Origin: Eledone cirrhosa
Taxonomy: Eukaryota
Reading direction: 5' to 3'
Assembly: GCA_964016885.1 (NCBI GenBank)
Contig: OZ024743.1
Coordinates: 359,786,001 to 359,850,000, forward strand
Length of the DNA stretch: 64,000 nt
Under the pieces are notes generated by a model. The model saw only the letters and a list, made by a program, of their open reading frames with translations, was not told the origin of the DNA and searched no databases. Positions 36,539 through 52,065 of this stretch are shown here, one piece after another (within the stretch, counting starts at the first letter, position 1; each line of letters starts with the position of its first letter). The position numbers were made by a program, and so were the translations under genes.

Positions 36539-38195
36539 ATGTTCTAAAACCGACATCATGCTCGGTTCTAGCCAAGAAAGATTAAATCAAAGAAATTTTC
36601 AGCGAATCAAGATAATTCGAAAAAGTATAACAAATATATAGACATTGGTGCGATATTTTTACTGTGATGCCATGATATACAGAAACAGTGAGCTAGTGTC
36701 CATATTTCCATATAAGCAATGAAAATAAAATGAAAAAAAAAAAACAATAAATCATGCAGGATAATTGAAATGTTATGTCTATATGACAGAAATATATGTG
36801 AACAAGAAACTAAAAAATGTACAAAATAAAAAGGACTCCGATGTGGATTTAGGTACAATAGCTTATTTCCAATAGAAATATGAGTAATAATAATTGTGAA
36901 GAATCACATGGATAAAAAACATACGAGAACTATATGACCATCACTCAAGATACGCAGAAAATAATTGTAGTTTTAAGGAGTAATAAAAAACACAATAAAA
37001 CCTTTTTTATTGTAGACAAGATAAGGCAAAAAGGAAAACGAGAATAATAACCAACATTACTATACAATGTATAGCAACTATACTATAAGCATTCACATAA
37101 AATCATGGAAACATACATAATCACTTAGAGAAGTATTCAAACGTGCGCAGAAAACATGTGGATGCGATTTTTAAAACACGAACTCTCGAAGAGAAGTTTC
37201 TTTGCCGACACAAGATTTGTATACAAAATCCAATATAGCAATTATGAATACGGATAGAAATTATAACAATAACAACAGAAACAGCTGCAACAATAATAAA
37301 AACAACAACGGTAGACGTTTCTAATGTAATCATAATAATATTTCTGATTTTAAGAAAGGAAATTCTTGATCTATTTTTTCATATAGACAACAAAAAACTA
37401 TAATTACAACGATGATGATAATGGTGATGATGGTGTTGGTGATGATGACGGTGATGATGACGGATAATGATAATAATAATACTTTCACGCTAGAAAATAA
37501 AGCCACAATGATGATCATGATAGCAATGATAATCCTCACCCTTTTCATCATCAACAATAAAAGTGAATATTAGAGTATTAACATCTCAACTCTATCACTG
37601 AGGTTATAAACAACAACAACAAAAAAAACAGTAGTATCGTCAATAACAAGAAGATCAACAGCGATAAATGTAAGAATGGTACCAATCCTTTTCCTCGGCA
37701 GCTGTCAATATTAAGACGAACAACAATAACAGCAAAAAAGACATATTAATAAATACACAAAAAGACCTTGTGCAACGGGAGAGCAGAAAGCTATCTAATT
37801 CATTTTCATATTTCTTCATCTTCAATCAAATTGACTTTCTTTAAGCACAGTGCACAATATAATTCATTCTGACTTTGGTGCTGGTGAAAATTAAATCTGT
37901 ATTTCTTTCGAATGCATTAGAAAAATATCAATAATCAAATAATTAACTAAAAAAAAAAAAGAAGGGAAGCACGCACGGCGACAACATACAAAAATTATTA
38001 GATTTATAATGATGAAAATATGCACATGAAAGATTGTTACTGAAAACATTACATTGAGAAGGTTATATTTATTTGAAATACGTGTGAGTATTTCGACATT
38101 TTGGAAGCAGTTTTCTCAAAAAACATAAAACACGACATTGTTAGTTTCTGGGAACACTGTATTAATTACAATGTTATTATTATAGATCCTATAAG

Positions 38196-38405
38196 GGCGG
38201 TGGATTGGCAGTATTGGTAGAGGGTCGACGCCATGCTTTGCGACATAGAGTTACGACCCTTTATGATCTGAGTTTAAATCCTGCCGAGAACAAATTTGCT
38301 TTTCATCCTTACGGGACGGGGTCGATAGAATAAAGTACCAGTCACGCAGTGAGGTCAATTTAATCGAATTTCCCCTCCCCAAAAATTGCTGGCCTTGTGC
38401 CTGTA
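38196..38405 (+). mobile_element. MetaSINE-like copy
   Basis: Same family. Flanked by a probable TSD 'ttattattatagatcctataa' / 'tcattattatagatcctataa'. Confidence 0.85.
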
Positions 38406-40169
38406 TAACAAATCATTATTATAGATCCTATAACCTAGTAAATCCTTGTATTCTGCAGTCGTAGGCTGAGTGGGTAAAGAAAGTCCCTTTTGATCCCATG
38501 GAATTTCATCTTGGGCAAATATCTTTACCATAACCTTCAGACAACCCAAGCCTTCTGATCGAAAATGGGTAGATGGAGAAAGCGCATCGAATGGGTTGTA
38601 TCTGTTATTCAAAAGTCATATAGTGTCACGTTGATTCGGCTTGCGATGTACATTAAGGATATGCGTGAAGCTGTGGCGTACTTATTCACACATTAATTCA
38701 TGAGTTGATCGAGATGATCGAGCAACAGATTACTCATCCAAAAACATTATAGTATCTGGTATCATCTGAGCATCAACTTGCACATGTTACTTTAATTACA
38801 GCTCAACGCTAAACCATATTATTTCATGGCTTCAAGAAAGATACACCGACGTAATTGATTATTTCCTTCTCCTTGCACAAAATAAGATTTCAAGGACGCC
38901 CCGAATTATTCAGTGACATTCGACAGGCGTCAATTAGAATTATTCACATCACATGATGATAAATTTCAACAAATTCTTCAAAAATATGAAATCCATTATC
39001 TGCTCGTCTAGAGCAAAACATCTATTTATAAATTTGGGTAATTACACTACAGTGTAATTACACGATAGATTTACGTTTCTATTAACTATTAACAAAACAA
39101 TCAACGTAAATTGTCAAAAGTGTCACATGTTGAATTCTTTTGATAAAGTATATTCAAGTAATATGAAGTTATTTCATTGTAGATATAACTCAGGCGAAAA
39201 AAGACAGGAAAAACTGAATGTATTTACCAAGGACTTGTTCGAGTTTGAAGTAGTTTCTAGTTCTGAAATGTAAAGCCAATCTTTGCAATGCAGTGATTGC
39301 TATGTTAAACACTGTGATGGTGTTAAACACCTTTTAACGAGCGTAGATACTCAAGTGGCCAGAGCATATTCTGTCTTTATACGTTAAGTGCCTGAATCTA
39401 AAAACCGCTTCCCTAGATGGGGTGAGAATACATTGCAGCCATTTATAGAAATTGCTTATTGCATGCAATTCATAATTACGAGGGTGGGGTATGATAACGT
39501 ATTGATTGTGTGTTTCTAGCTGTTGAAAGAAAGGAGATTGGTAGGAGCCCTCTAAAGGTTGTTTTTGAGATCTCTGTTCATACTGTCGGGCAGTGTTGTC
39601 GTGAGGTGTATCTACCGGGCGTGAGGATGACGGGTCGGTGCAGAAGATTTGGGTGGAATACAGGGTGGCATTATCTGCATGGTAGTGGGCGTTGTTGAAG
39701 GTAACTGCTATAATCCTTTCAGGTAAATAAGAGGGAGTCTTCGAAACAAAATGTAACCGTTCATCAAGGAGATAATCTCTTGTCACGTGAAACGGTGTAG
39801 TGTTATAAGAAACATCAGCCAACTCATACTTTACAATCTTAAATCAGTACCACCGCCACCACTACCAGCACTAACAACAACAATAACAACAGTAAATAAC
39901 AACAATGACTTCCTTATCAGATGAATAGAGGCTTACAGAAAACTGAATCCGAAAATAAAAACCAATTTTTTATTCCTATATAACCAATCTTTGAACTTGA
40001 TTCAACTCTAATCGGCTGCATTCATTTTGTAGGGACTAGAATAGCGTGTTTATGATAATACGGATAACAGCAACAACAACAACTACAACTGCGATGACGG
40101 CGGCGACGACGACGATGATGATGATGATGATATAGAAAAAAGAACAGTTAACAGTTTTCTAGCACTTAC

Positions 40170-40283
40170 CTTTAATGTGTTTCCAGAATTGTTGAAAAAT
40201 AATCCTGTTGGTGTTGTTATAACAGTCGTTACAACCTTCTCGTTGATTTATCGGTTATGCTATAAAACAACAAATCTGACAAA
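40170..40283 (-). other. Candidate non-coding (UTR or lncRNA) exon of a host transcript
   Basis: Minus strand has polypyrimidine tract + ttccAG| at 40285-40284 and AAG|GTAAGT donor at 40169-40164. The exon is 114 nt with stops in all three frames. Confidence 0.4.
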
Positions 40284-40764
40284 CTGGAAAGAATAAATGA
40301 GAATAAAAATGAAATGAAAACAAACTACTAATAACATCAACATAGAGAAATATGAAAAAAGAGCAACACAATCAACATACCACACAAACATGTATCGATC
40401 GCAGACAATGTCAAACAAATTACGAATAAATCCTAATTCTTAACACAACACACAAATAGATGCGTAAATACGAATATACAAATGCACACACACTCACACA
40501 CACGCGCACACATAGGCACCAATACAAGTATACACATAAACAAACATACATACACATAGACAGAAAACCCCACACATGCAAAAATACACGGATACACGCG
40601 AATATTCACCTACACACCCAAATACATGCGTACAAGCGAACCTATATAATCACAGAAGAATATGAATACACGCAAACGTACACACAAACTCATAAACACA
40701 TGCACATACACGCAAACATGCATAAACAACCAAATGCATGGGAACATCCACACACTCACACACA

Positions 40765-40880
<116 letters not shown>

Positions 40881-41591
40881 TGTACGCGCACTTGAATTTA
40901 TTTTATATAAAAATATATTCATTTGAAGAACTCCCGGTAAGCTGATGGTGGAGGAGTCTCTATTTCCGTTGATGAATTTTCACTTCCTCTACTATACTAA
41001 CGTGAAGTTGCATGGGTCTAGTGGGTTAGGCATTTGACTTACGAACGTAATGTCGTGGGTATCATCTCTAGACTCATTGGTGCGTTGCGGTTTTGAGCGA
41101 AACATTTCATTTTGTTTTAGTTAATTCAGCTGAAAATTTGTAGCAGCAGCAAAAGTTGGTGGTTGACATTGCAATGAGCAGTCATATTGTGATCAGCCGT
41201 TTAATCCCAATGAAACCGGGATAAGCTCACACCAGGGACAGTCTTTTAATTTTATAATTTAACTCGACAAATGTTTTTAGGAAAGGTATATCTCTTTAAT
41301 TATATATAGATGTTGATCGCATAGCAGTTCAGTTAGCTTCGATTTGTTGTTTCACTTTAGATGAAACTTATCTGAAAACAATTTGATTTTCTTTATTGGC
41401 TATATAAAGAATATCCATAATTGGTTTCTTTCAGTATTTAATTTCATCCCTATTTAGCACTCATTTTAAATTCTGTTGGCATCAAAATAAGAGTATCATA
41501 AAATCGGAGTATAATTGGCCTTATAGCTAAGTAAAAGATTAAATCAAATCATTATCATTAACAATCATAGTGCGTACAATGCATGCGTAAG

Positions 41592-41593
<2 letters not shown>

Positions 41594-41622
<29 letters not shown>

Positions 41623-42710
41623 CTTCTTCTTCTTCTTCTTCTTCTTCTTCTTCTTCTTCTTCTTCTTCTTCTTCTTCTTCTTCTTCTTCTTTTCACCCAA
41701 TTATTCCTGGGAGGATCGTGGAGACAGAATCCTTAGACACGTCGTACAGCGATCCCTTTTAGATGCAACCGTCTGTAAGTGATCAGGCTGGATTCCCAAG
41801 CCAGACCAACCGACCTCTTGGATGTTATCCAACGATCCTGCTTGGGGTCTACCCAGGGCCGTCTTAACAGCATTATAGGCCCCCGGGCAAAGCAGAGCTC
41901 TGGGACCCCTGCCTACACAACCACTCGCAGGAATAAAAATACAAATGGGCCCCCTATACCCGTGAGGCCTCAGGGCAACTGCCCAGCGTGCCCATGCGTT
42001 AAGACGGCCCCGGGTCTACCCATGGGTCTTCTGACGGCTGGTTTTGTTCCTAATATCTGTCGAGCGATTCTACCCTGACACATCCTAACCATATACCTGT
42101 AGTATCAGAGTTGTGACCTCTTTATGCGGTGAAGTAGCGGCTCTTCATGGAGCGACTCTGATCTCTTAGCTACGCACTCTCTCGAGTGACATTACTCCAC
42201 AAACCCTTCGGAGGAACGCCGTTACGGCTGCTTGTATTCACGATCGTATTCGTTTGGTCATTACCTAAAATTCATGACTATAGGTAGGGGATGGCACGAA
42301 TACCAAATTAAAATTTGAGAATTTGACTTTTACACCTACCTCCCTCTTCTAATGATCGATGCTGAAGCTGGCACATTACTACACAAGCTCCTGCAATTCT
42401 TCCATCTAATTCAGTTACCCGCATTCAATCAGTCGTGTACACGGCCCTGAGATACTTGAACTTCACCATCTGCTTTAGTGGAATTTCACTCACACGTAGA
42501 GTGCTCTGCTCAGGCTTCCTTTGGAAGATGAGTCTCTCAGTCTTTACAACACTGAATTTCATTCCTGCCGTGCAGCACTCGGAATCAAACCTATCAAATG
42601 CATGTTGCAGATTAACCTCTAACGAATAAAGTAGTGCCATGTCATTTACAAATTCTAATCGATTGATCCCACACCCGTCAGACGTGATATCACTGTCAAC
42701 CCTGCTGCAT
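41594..42710 (-). mobile_element. Decayed 3' part of an RTE-clade LINE with (GAA)n tail
   Basis: ORF 42425-42640 (…AGMKFSVVKTE…FKYL…). (CTT)n at 41594-41692 lies at its 3' end. Confidence 0.7.
41854..42012. mobile_element. hAT-type MITE (159 bp) inserted in the RTE fragment
   Basis: TIRs cagggccgtcttaac / gttaagacggccccg (1 mismatch). 8-bp TSD ggtctacc at 41846-41853 and 42013-42020. Confidence 0.88.
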
Positions 42711-44284
42711 GCCCACGGTTTGATTTAGCACTACTTGTATGCTTAACCTGCTTGAAAAAGCTGCAAAATCTATTTCATATCACATCGCTTTGCTTTATAA
42801 ACACAAACGCCCTTAACAAATCTCCTTCCATGTACACAATGACTAGGAAAAGCAGTGTTTATTAAACTTACAATGCTTTTCCTCATATGTATATACAACG
42901 AGGGCTGGGCTTAAGGCTAAATAAACAAAATACACAGCACTAGCATGATGTCCAATAATGTCGTTAAATAAGTTTCCCTCTGATGTAAATCAATATTAAT
43001 ATTTGTTTTCAGTAAGTACACTTCCATCTTTTTAACTGGGTCTGAAATAATATATCTGAAAATTGTTAAGACAACGCCATAGAAAGTGTAACTCACCCTA
43101 CATTACCTTTAATATCTCTTCCCTTCCTCATTGGTCACTATCCTGACTATCATAGAAACGATATTATTGAAAACTTAATGATATATGTTACTTAGCGATT
43201 TGGAATTCTGTTCGTCTTCGACGAAGTGATTCTGGAGTGCTATGGTTTCGGCAGTGACGGATAAAGCAAACTAAATGACTAAGAAACTAAAGCCTGAGAG
43301 GTGAAAAAGATTTGTGAAAATGTTTAGTGCGAGTATAATACAGTAAGTGGTGAGGAATGAAGGGGAGATGGTATGTTAAGGGAGTTTGGGTATGGGTGAC
43401 ACATCTATCTATTTGATTGTGTGAACCGGAGGCGGTTGTATTAGCTGTAGAATAGGGAGAAATAAAAGTAAGAAATAAATTGCGTTGAGAGAATTACCTC
43501 GACTAACAAAAACAATAGACTCTTAGTGTGTCAAGAGTATACCTATAATTAGTTTTCTACCTATAATTTTCGTGACAAACGTCTACCTAATTGGATTAAA
43601 TGGTAATGGGTGCTGCTTATCCATGAACGACAAAATGGTGAAAATAATTCAGTAATTATAACTTTAGCTACTAACATCATCAACTCTTCACCATCGATTT
43701 CGTTTCTAGACATAACAGCTGATAATACATTTTTATAAGTGTGAATGAAAGTCCGAAAAGGTCGACATTGCTTTTCATGTTTCTGGGATTCATATTGCAT
43801 CGAGTTAGACAAGTTTAACCATGAGATTTATGGCCATATACCTGTCGTATAAATCTATATTTTTAAAGAATCGTTAGAGCCTTTGGACAAAAATTCTTCT
43901 TAGTATTTATTTACAGTATTGCACGTCTCAAGTTCAACTCCATCTCAGGCCAACTTCACGTTTACTCGTTGCGTGGTCGAAAGAATATATAACAGCAGGG
44001 TTCTGAAGTTCATATCAATCATGAGCGCTACTGTCACGTCATCGAGTCGTTAGCGAATAAGCCAGCAATTCCACCAAGCTTGATTGGTGAAGAGAATGAC
44101 TATTGGACACAATGCGGGATAAAATATATATGCATACATATTTGTGTAAGTCTGTGTTGAGGCACACGGGGCTGTGGCAATAAGGCGAGTAATATGCCGC
44201 CATGTTTAAAATGAGAAAAAAGGAAGAAAATTGGAAGAAGAAGAAGAAGAAGATGAAGAAGAAGAAGAAGACAAAAAAGGGAGA

Positions 44285-44318
<34 letters not shown>

Positions 44319-44399
44319 GAAGAAAAAGAAGATGAAGAAGCGATTCCTTGTTGGTGAATTACTATCTTATACGAGGAAAGATCAACGGAATGAAAGGAA

Positions 44400-46793
44400 G
44401 TTGCAATGGTCCGGATGGTGATTTAGGAAAATGACCCGAACGAAGGTTTCGCCAGCCACGTGTATTCAATGATGGAAATCACGAATAGTCAAATCGAATT
44501 AAGCATCAGAATTCAAACTCCTGACCTCACGGATCTAGCTTCAAATCTTCATTCACCGCAAACATGGTATGACCGGATCTCCCAAAGGTTTCTGGAGCTG
44601 TATACTCGTGATCTAGTAGAGGCGGGTCCAACTCGTCTCATAATGTGTAAAAGGCCTACAATCTGCAGCACATTCAACGCTAGAATTCACCAATAACAAG
44701 CCGGCATACGGATCTTATAACTTGCACTATTAATACAACTAGTACACGAGACCATTTTATAGTGGCTGCCTACGGTGTAGAATGGAGAATAGGCTTAGAC
44801 ATTGTAATCGGAAGGAAACCTGCACCTAACTCAATGACAGAAATTACTGGAAGCTTGTAACGACCAATATAGAAATGAAACAAACCTTTGCTCTCGAGTT
44901 GCGAAACAGTTACAATGAACTTGCTGAACCTTCGGATGACATCGAAATGAGATACATGTTAATTCAAGCCAACGAGGGAGTAGCACTTCACACCATCCCT
45001 AAGAAAGAGAATCCAAGAAACAACCACTCAGTGCAAACACGCTCGTGAAGAACACACGCAAGGTCTTGCTGCCTAGTAGGAAACTGTCTTATGAATATCC
45101 AACTAGAGCCAATCTCAAAAAGGCTAACAAAGCGCAGAAACAGCTTGATGAAACCTACGAGAATGTTCAAACATTATATTCAAGGTATAATAGCACAAAT
45201 CTCCAATCAACAAACTTGAATGAAACAAGCCATTACACGGGCAATAATAAATGGACTCACGAGTCGTAATTCTACACCAATACCCAGGATAAAAGGTGGA
45301 TTAGATGAAACTTGGGAAATAAATGGTTGCAGACTGCTTGGCGAACCACAAAAACGCCAATTAAGTAGACATTGAAGAAGATCAACACGGAGGAATATCT
45401 TGACATTCCAGCGAGTGAATTTTCAATATCAAATTCCTTTCCAACAATAAATCGGGAAGAACTCAATATTCTACGAACTTCTAGAGCTGTGCTACCATTG
45501 CCTGCTTTAGAACTCTTCTGTAACTGCTTGGTTGAAGTTAGGCATCGTACGAATACTAAAGAAGTATCATTTAACTATCACATCCAACTACAAGGGAATT
45601 AAACGCAATTGAATTGCTGCTAAAATATTCAACAAACTCCTGCTAAACCGACTAGTACCCTCTTTTAAGAAAAAAACAGAACTAGTTTACAAGGAGAAGA
45701 TCAACTATTGCCTGGATCCTAGGTATTCGATGGATACGTGAAGAAATACAGAAATGCAACAGTGTTACTCTCTGCTCTGATGATTTTCGCAAAGCTTTCG
45801 ATTCGATCAGCAGAAAAACAATGTTTGAAAGTGTAGAACGGTATGGAATACCCCCTTTGTCTAGATATCAACAACTTTGCAGTGATCCGCACACCCGATG
45901 GTGAAACATCATCGTGCAACAGCGCAGGAGTACTTCAGGGACACACACTTACTCCTTTTATGTTCACTGTAGTGCTCAAATATGCGCTACGAATCTCACT
46001 AGACAGCATGAATGAAAAAAGTATACAGCGCCAACATCTCACGGACCTCGATTTTGGATATGACTTTACAATTACAAGAGAGACATTTTATGATGGTGTA
46101 TCATTGCCGCATCACTTGTATGACTCTACTGCATTGAAAACTGAATGCATCCCCATTACTCTTCACAACTTTGAACTGTTGTTACTATTCAGCAAAAACA
46201 AGATGGTAAATGACTTTAATTATCTTGGAGCAGACATGAACTTTTCGTATTTGAAAAGCACTAGCATAGGAGGCTTGCAACAAACTTGTCAAGATATGGC
46301 GCAGTAACATAAACAACAAAATAAACATGAAATTTCCCAAGTTCTTTTTGAACCAATTCTGATGTATGGAGCAGAATATCGCTTTTCTGGGATATTAACA
46401 ACTCTCCAACAAAAGCGATTCAATTGTACATACCCAAACCCCTTTGTAGATCACAAAATATGCACTGAAGAGAGCATATAACGCTACGGCAAATATACAT
46501 AAAGCTGAAGACAACATCTATGTGCCTATGCCAAAATAATAAATTAGCTGGTCTCTGTTATCGAGGAAACAGAGAGATTATTTCATTACACCCTTTGTGG
46601 AGGCCAACAGAAAGAGTCTTCTCGAGAAAACCCGCTTTCCTCAATGCCATTGCATGCAACTTAGGAATTGCCATCAATGAACTTGGAGTTACGATGAATG
46701 ATCGAAAGGTGTGAAAGACAATCGTACTGTGATTCCCGACTGGATGGGATGGTTATTCAATCACCTAGAAGGCTGGTTATGATGATGATGATG
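44400..46793 (+). mobile_element. Heavily decayed RTE/RTE-X-like LINE
   Basis: KAFDSI, GVLQGHTLTPFMF, DLDFGYD (decayed YADD), VNDFNYLG, MNDRKV remnants. (GAT)n tail. Confidence 0.7.
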
Positions 46794-47869
46794 ACTGAAA
46801 TTCATATAATCAACTGTTCTCTCATTCCAGCGTTTGTGCTTACGGCCAAGATCAATGATGTTAATATCGAGTTTATAGTGCGATGCACTAGTAGTAGCGA
46901 TAGAATATCGAATAAATGCTCTGCAAAATTTGGTTACAAAAATCCACGTCGTTTTCAAATCCAGTTTCCCCTGAATCAACAATTTGAATCTTCATCCATT
47001 TGAGTAGAAGAACTACCAAATCCAGTATTTGGTTATATATACTAGTTTATATACCACTTCCATATAACTTTTATCAAAACGTTGTAGTGAAATTCCATCG
47101 ATTCCGGCGACGTATTTTCCAGGTGTTCGAGCTATGGCACAGTCAGCTCATGGAATAAACATGCAAGTGTTTCAGCATTCCATAGACAACTATAGAATTA
47201 ATGTACTTCCCAGGAAATTCAGCGTGATGCAATGTATAACAAGGCTGGCTTTTGGAATAATAAGTACAAATAATGTTTGTCAGCTGACTGGCTTCGAACT
47301 CTCTATCGTGAATCAAGTACCCCAAACATCAAATTGACAGAATTGATAAAACAAAGGGAAAATGCCTTACATTATTTACCTAGTTCAAGCCGTCCAAGGT
47401 CAACTTTTATCTTTTCAGTTTAATAAACTGAGTATCAGTGAAACACTGGGTCACTTTAATCATCTGACAATTTCCATCATAATGTGTGGCTTTCTTCCTA
47501 TGCTAAACCCAACATTCATCAAAGGTTATTTATTGAAACATAAATCATTGTTTATTTTCAATAAATAAATAACAAAAAAGAAGGGGGGGACAAAGGAAAA
47601 AAAGAATAGGGAAATAGAGAAAAAAAAGATAGAAAAAAAGAGAGAAAGAAAGAAGAAAAAGATCGGGATGGCAAGAGCTCTGGTGTCACAGAAGAGAGAG
47701 AAGGGGTGTAGGAGGAGGGTAATTGGGATTTGGACCTGGGACAAGAGGGGAGAAGTGCTGCAACCCGCTGACAAGACGGCAAAAACATTTCACCGGACGA
47801 TGGCCAGTGACACCCGTAGCAACAGCCACCCCCCAACCTTGCTGATGGGTAGTGGGGAGGACATATAGC

Positions 47870-49880
47870 ACTATCGACAATAGCGTCTTTGGTATCGGAT
47901 TTGCAATGAAGATCAAGATTGTGAAGCAAGAAAACGTAACACCATATTGAATTAGTAACTGCACTATGAGCTTCGCATACCATCAATTCACAGATTGTTA
48001 ACAATGAAGTCTATTTATGCACCACTCTTGATTCCGAATATTATTTGAAGAACTGGTTTAATGACTTACTTAACATATCAATACGGACGACGCTTAAGTG
48101 AGATGACCTTGTGATTCTTAGCGATTTTAATTTAAGTGTTGAGAGAAACTCCACCACTTACAGAAATATATTGTGTTGCAGCATGGCCCTCAAATGCACA
48201 TACGTTACTCGGTCTGTGAGCTGAGCATGAGCTTATGATTACAAACTCTTTGTTCCGTCTCCCAAATAGGCATTAAATATTGGTAAAAGTGAAGATCAAA
48301 ACACACACACACCATGAAATATTCTTGGGAGAAGAGGAATGTTTCAGTAACTGCCGAAGTGATGTTTGTTGAACTGAGTGTCACCTGCTAATATCTCGAT
48401 TTAACGTAACTCTGATTCGTCTTCCCAGACGATCAAATGCATGCAAATCTTGTCATAAAGTCAGCTTATGTAAGTATCGAAATCCCTGATTTGCAAGAAA
48501 TTTCAAACATCTGTGCATGAGTGTATACCATAGTTATCGCAAACTGATAATGTAACAGAATTTTAGACAAACATTTGTGACACAATTAATACTATCGCTA
48601 AAACTGTTCTTGGCTTAGCAAAACACCAATAATCATGATTGGCTTGATGAGGATGGTTAAGACACTTCACATTAATCGAACAGGAGCGGTTAGACCTTCT
48701 TAAACTTGATAACCGACCATCATCAGAAAATATGAAATACGTCCAAGCTTGAAGTGCTTCGGAAATATGATTTAATTTTATGCTGATACTTCGAAAGTCT
48801 CCTAAACCATTACTCTTCATTACAAATCTCTTAGAAGCATCTCTCAAATTCTTATGCGGGGGAGTTTGTACCACCACCTCACAATCACTTTGCAAAGGCT
48901 TTAGAACATATAAGGTAGAACTAGGACCCTTTGTCCTGCTGTTATTCCTTTCAAGGTCTATAAGTATGTTGCGTTTGAGTTTTTGCTGCCGCTGCAACTT
49001 CTGATTGACCTGATCTGTGATACAGGAGATATCCTTGGAGATTTAAAAAGGTTAACATGGTGACATTCTTTCTGATGTGCCATACAACTCTGTGGAAATT
49101 ACCGTGGCATATCACTCTTGAGCATTGCTGACAGGGTCGTCGCACGCATCCTGTAGAAAGTCTACTCATATTGGCAGATGACGATCCCACTGAATCTCAA
49201 TGTATTTTTCAACTCTCTAGAAACACTAGACATAGTTGTCTGTGCACGGCAAGAATAATAACAGCAACACTTAATGTTAATTTCTAGGAATGATGGAAGG
49301 TATTTCGTAGTAAGTGTAAAGCAGGTTACTTTAACCCATTTTAATTGACCTGAAAAATATATCTCATGTTTGCTCCGTTCAGGATGATATTGTTGGGAAG
49401 ATCTGTTATCAATGTAACTTAGACTTTTCTATTTCTAGAAGTTTGAAAATATTTTGTGTGTTGGCACGAACAATGTGTACTTTATATCTCGGTGTTATGA
49501 TCAACAAGTTAACTTCTGATACTCCTGGTTTAGACGCCTGCTATATGTTCTATGGTTTGTTTAATCTCTCACGTCTCCACATCAAAATAAAATATACTGT
49601 CAACAGGTTGTGTGAACTACAATAAACAGATGACGTTGCAATATCAAAAACAGTGAAGCTGACCCTCAAATGAGAGCGAACCTATAAAGAGGAGCATATA
49701 AGTGTTTTGGAGTGCAAGTCGATGCTTTCAAAAGCCGAGGAAAACTCTGCAAAGATGAACGACGCATCGAAAGAAGGATGAAGATAAGGTGCCACGCGTT
49801 CCTCATAGACGCTTGTGCAACATATACTAACGGCAAATCCACAGCAATCGGACGGTGACCAGTTCATTACATTGCCATAC
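47870..49880 (+). mobile_element. Very old LINE remnants (AP endonuclease at ~47900-48400; RT 3' part at ~49440-49880)
   Basis: IGFA, SIYAP and DFN-like remnants; YLG motif near 49485. Boundaries are uncertain. Confidence 0.4.
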
Positions 49881-49881
49881 G

Positions 49882-49950
<69 letters not shown>

Positions 49951-51429
49951 ACACACAGTGACAGACAGAGACACACACAAGCGCATATATATGTGTATGT
50001 GTGTGTGTGTGTGTGTGTGTATGTTCAAATGTTCGTGATCTCCAGCAGACAACTGAAGAAGGGATTGTTCCCCGCTTGTGCTTTCCTTTAATTTTTGAAT
50101 ACACTTTATCAAGTAACCACAAAGCTCCCTGTTTCTTCCAAATTTGTATATATATATATATGTAGCAATAGTACATTGTTCTCTACTTCGGTATTGAATA
50201 CCCGCTTCTTTGTAGACAGAAACTTGTAGTGGATATGTGTGTACATGCGCGTATGCGTGTGTACAAAATGAAATTAAACAATAGAATAAAAACTCTACAA
50301 GAAACGTAGCAATATTACCCTGATTTTCACTTCCACTAAGCTGCTTTTACAACCAGCACCACCATCACCACCATCGCTTCACTTACACTCCACATGTCAT
50401 CATAATGCTTTATAAGAGACCACTTTTACTCTTCATGTTTCCCTTCCTTCCTCTTTTCATTGTTTCATCATTCTTCATAATTGTACTTTTATACCACTTT
50501 CTCAATATTTAGTTTTACATTATTTGAATTATTTTTCTTCTTCTAGTTTGCTCACTTAATTTCTCCCCGATCACTTTGTTCTGATATAACTTTCTACTCT
50601 ACTATATTATCCTCTATAATATATTGAAGAACTTACATTCTATTTCTTTCCTAGTTATTTCTCGTTTCGTTGCTTCCGTTTTCCACCATTTTTCTTTATC
50701 TCTATGGAATAATCCAGACTCCTAATGCTTTCATTCCTAGGATTTGGTGCCTTTCATACCTTTGTCATTCAATGACTTTTTCCTTATTTCTCTCTGTTAT
50801 TTTTTTACTCGTTCATTTCTCCTTCCTTCCTTCGTTCTTCTTCTCTTCTCTTTCTATCTTTCTTTCTTTCTTTCCATACCTGTTTCCTTCTTTCTTTTCC
50901 TTTCGCTCGATATATATATTTCGAATTTCTTTTTTTTTTTTATTTTCATCTTATGTTTAACCTTCTTTCAATTTTAGTCTATTGTTCAATTTTTCTTCTT
51001 TAATTTGATATGTTTTCTTTATTTCTTTTCTAGTTTTAATTTTGTCTCTATTTTTCAGGCAGGCGAATATTTCTTTATGTCGCAACTAGATGAAAACCAC
51101 TCTATTTAATCATGAAATCACATATTTTCTCCCTATTTTATTGCCGTGAATACACGTTTTTAGAAATCTCTTTCAGCTTCTACATCTTTCACTATATAAC
51201 TAATAATCAATCCATTTTTCCCAACTCCATTCTAATTTTCTTATCAGTCTACTTATCTACTTCCATCACTCACTATCTCTGTCAATGTCATCTTCCCATC
51301 AGTTAATTTTTTACATTTCAATCGACTTGATTTATGTAGTTACACAGCTTTTTGTAATGCTATCCAGCTATTATACAATTACATAACTAGCGACATGCCT
51401 ATTTAACTATGAATCTACTAGCATTACTA

Positions 51430-51527
<98 letters not shown>

Positions 51528-52065
51528 GTATGGAACTAGTTGTTGAAACGGCAAGAGCTCAGCCACGGGTCCCGACTTATTGTAATATGTATGCAATATA
51601 TATAGATATTATAATGGAGTATTCCAATATTACTTTTGGTAAACTGAGAAAAGTTTAATTCACAATAAAAACACTTAACACGTAAGGAATACAAAACAGA
51701 CGAAATATTATGAGAAAGTTTAAGTTCTTGTTGTTGAAGACTTTTAGCAGATTATTAATGATTAAAATGTTCAAAACTGAAATCCATTCTTTAATTTCTA
51801 CGTACGTTTCTAATGGTCATAATGGTACATGCAGATTCAAACAGTTAACAATAAATATTTACACTGAACATATTACATATAACCATATAATATCTTCAAG
51901 AAATATAATAAGGAATAAAGTTTACCAAACTCAAATAATAATTATAGATCCAATATCAAATATTGGACGTAAGGCAAGCATTTAACGAAGATTTTATATT
52001 GGTTTAAAGTGCAGTTATAAGAGATTGTGATTATAGTTTGAGGTAAAAAGCATCATTTCATTTAA

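Noticed and set aside
48563-49190. Minus-strand ORFs of 144 and 79 aa
   Set aside because: No recognisable motifs, non-ATG starts, and they lie among LINE remnants.
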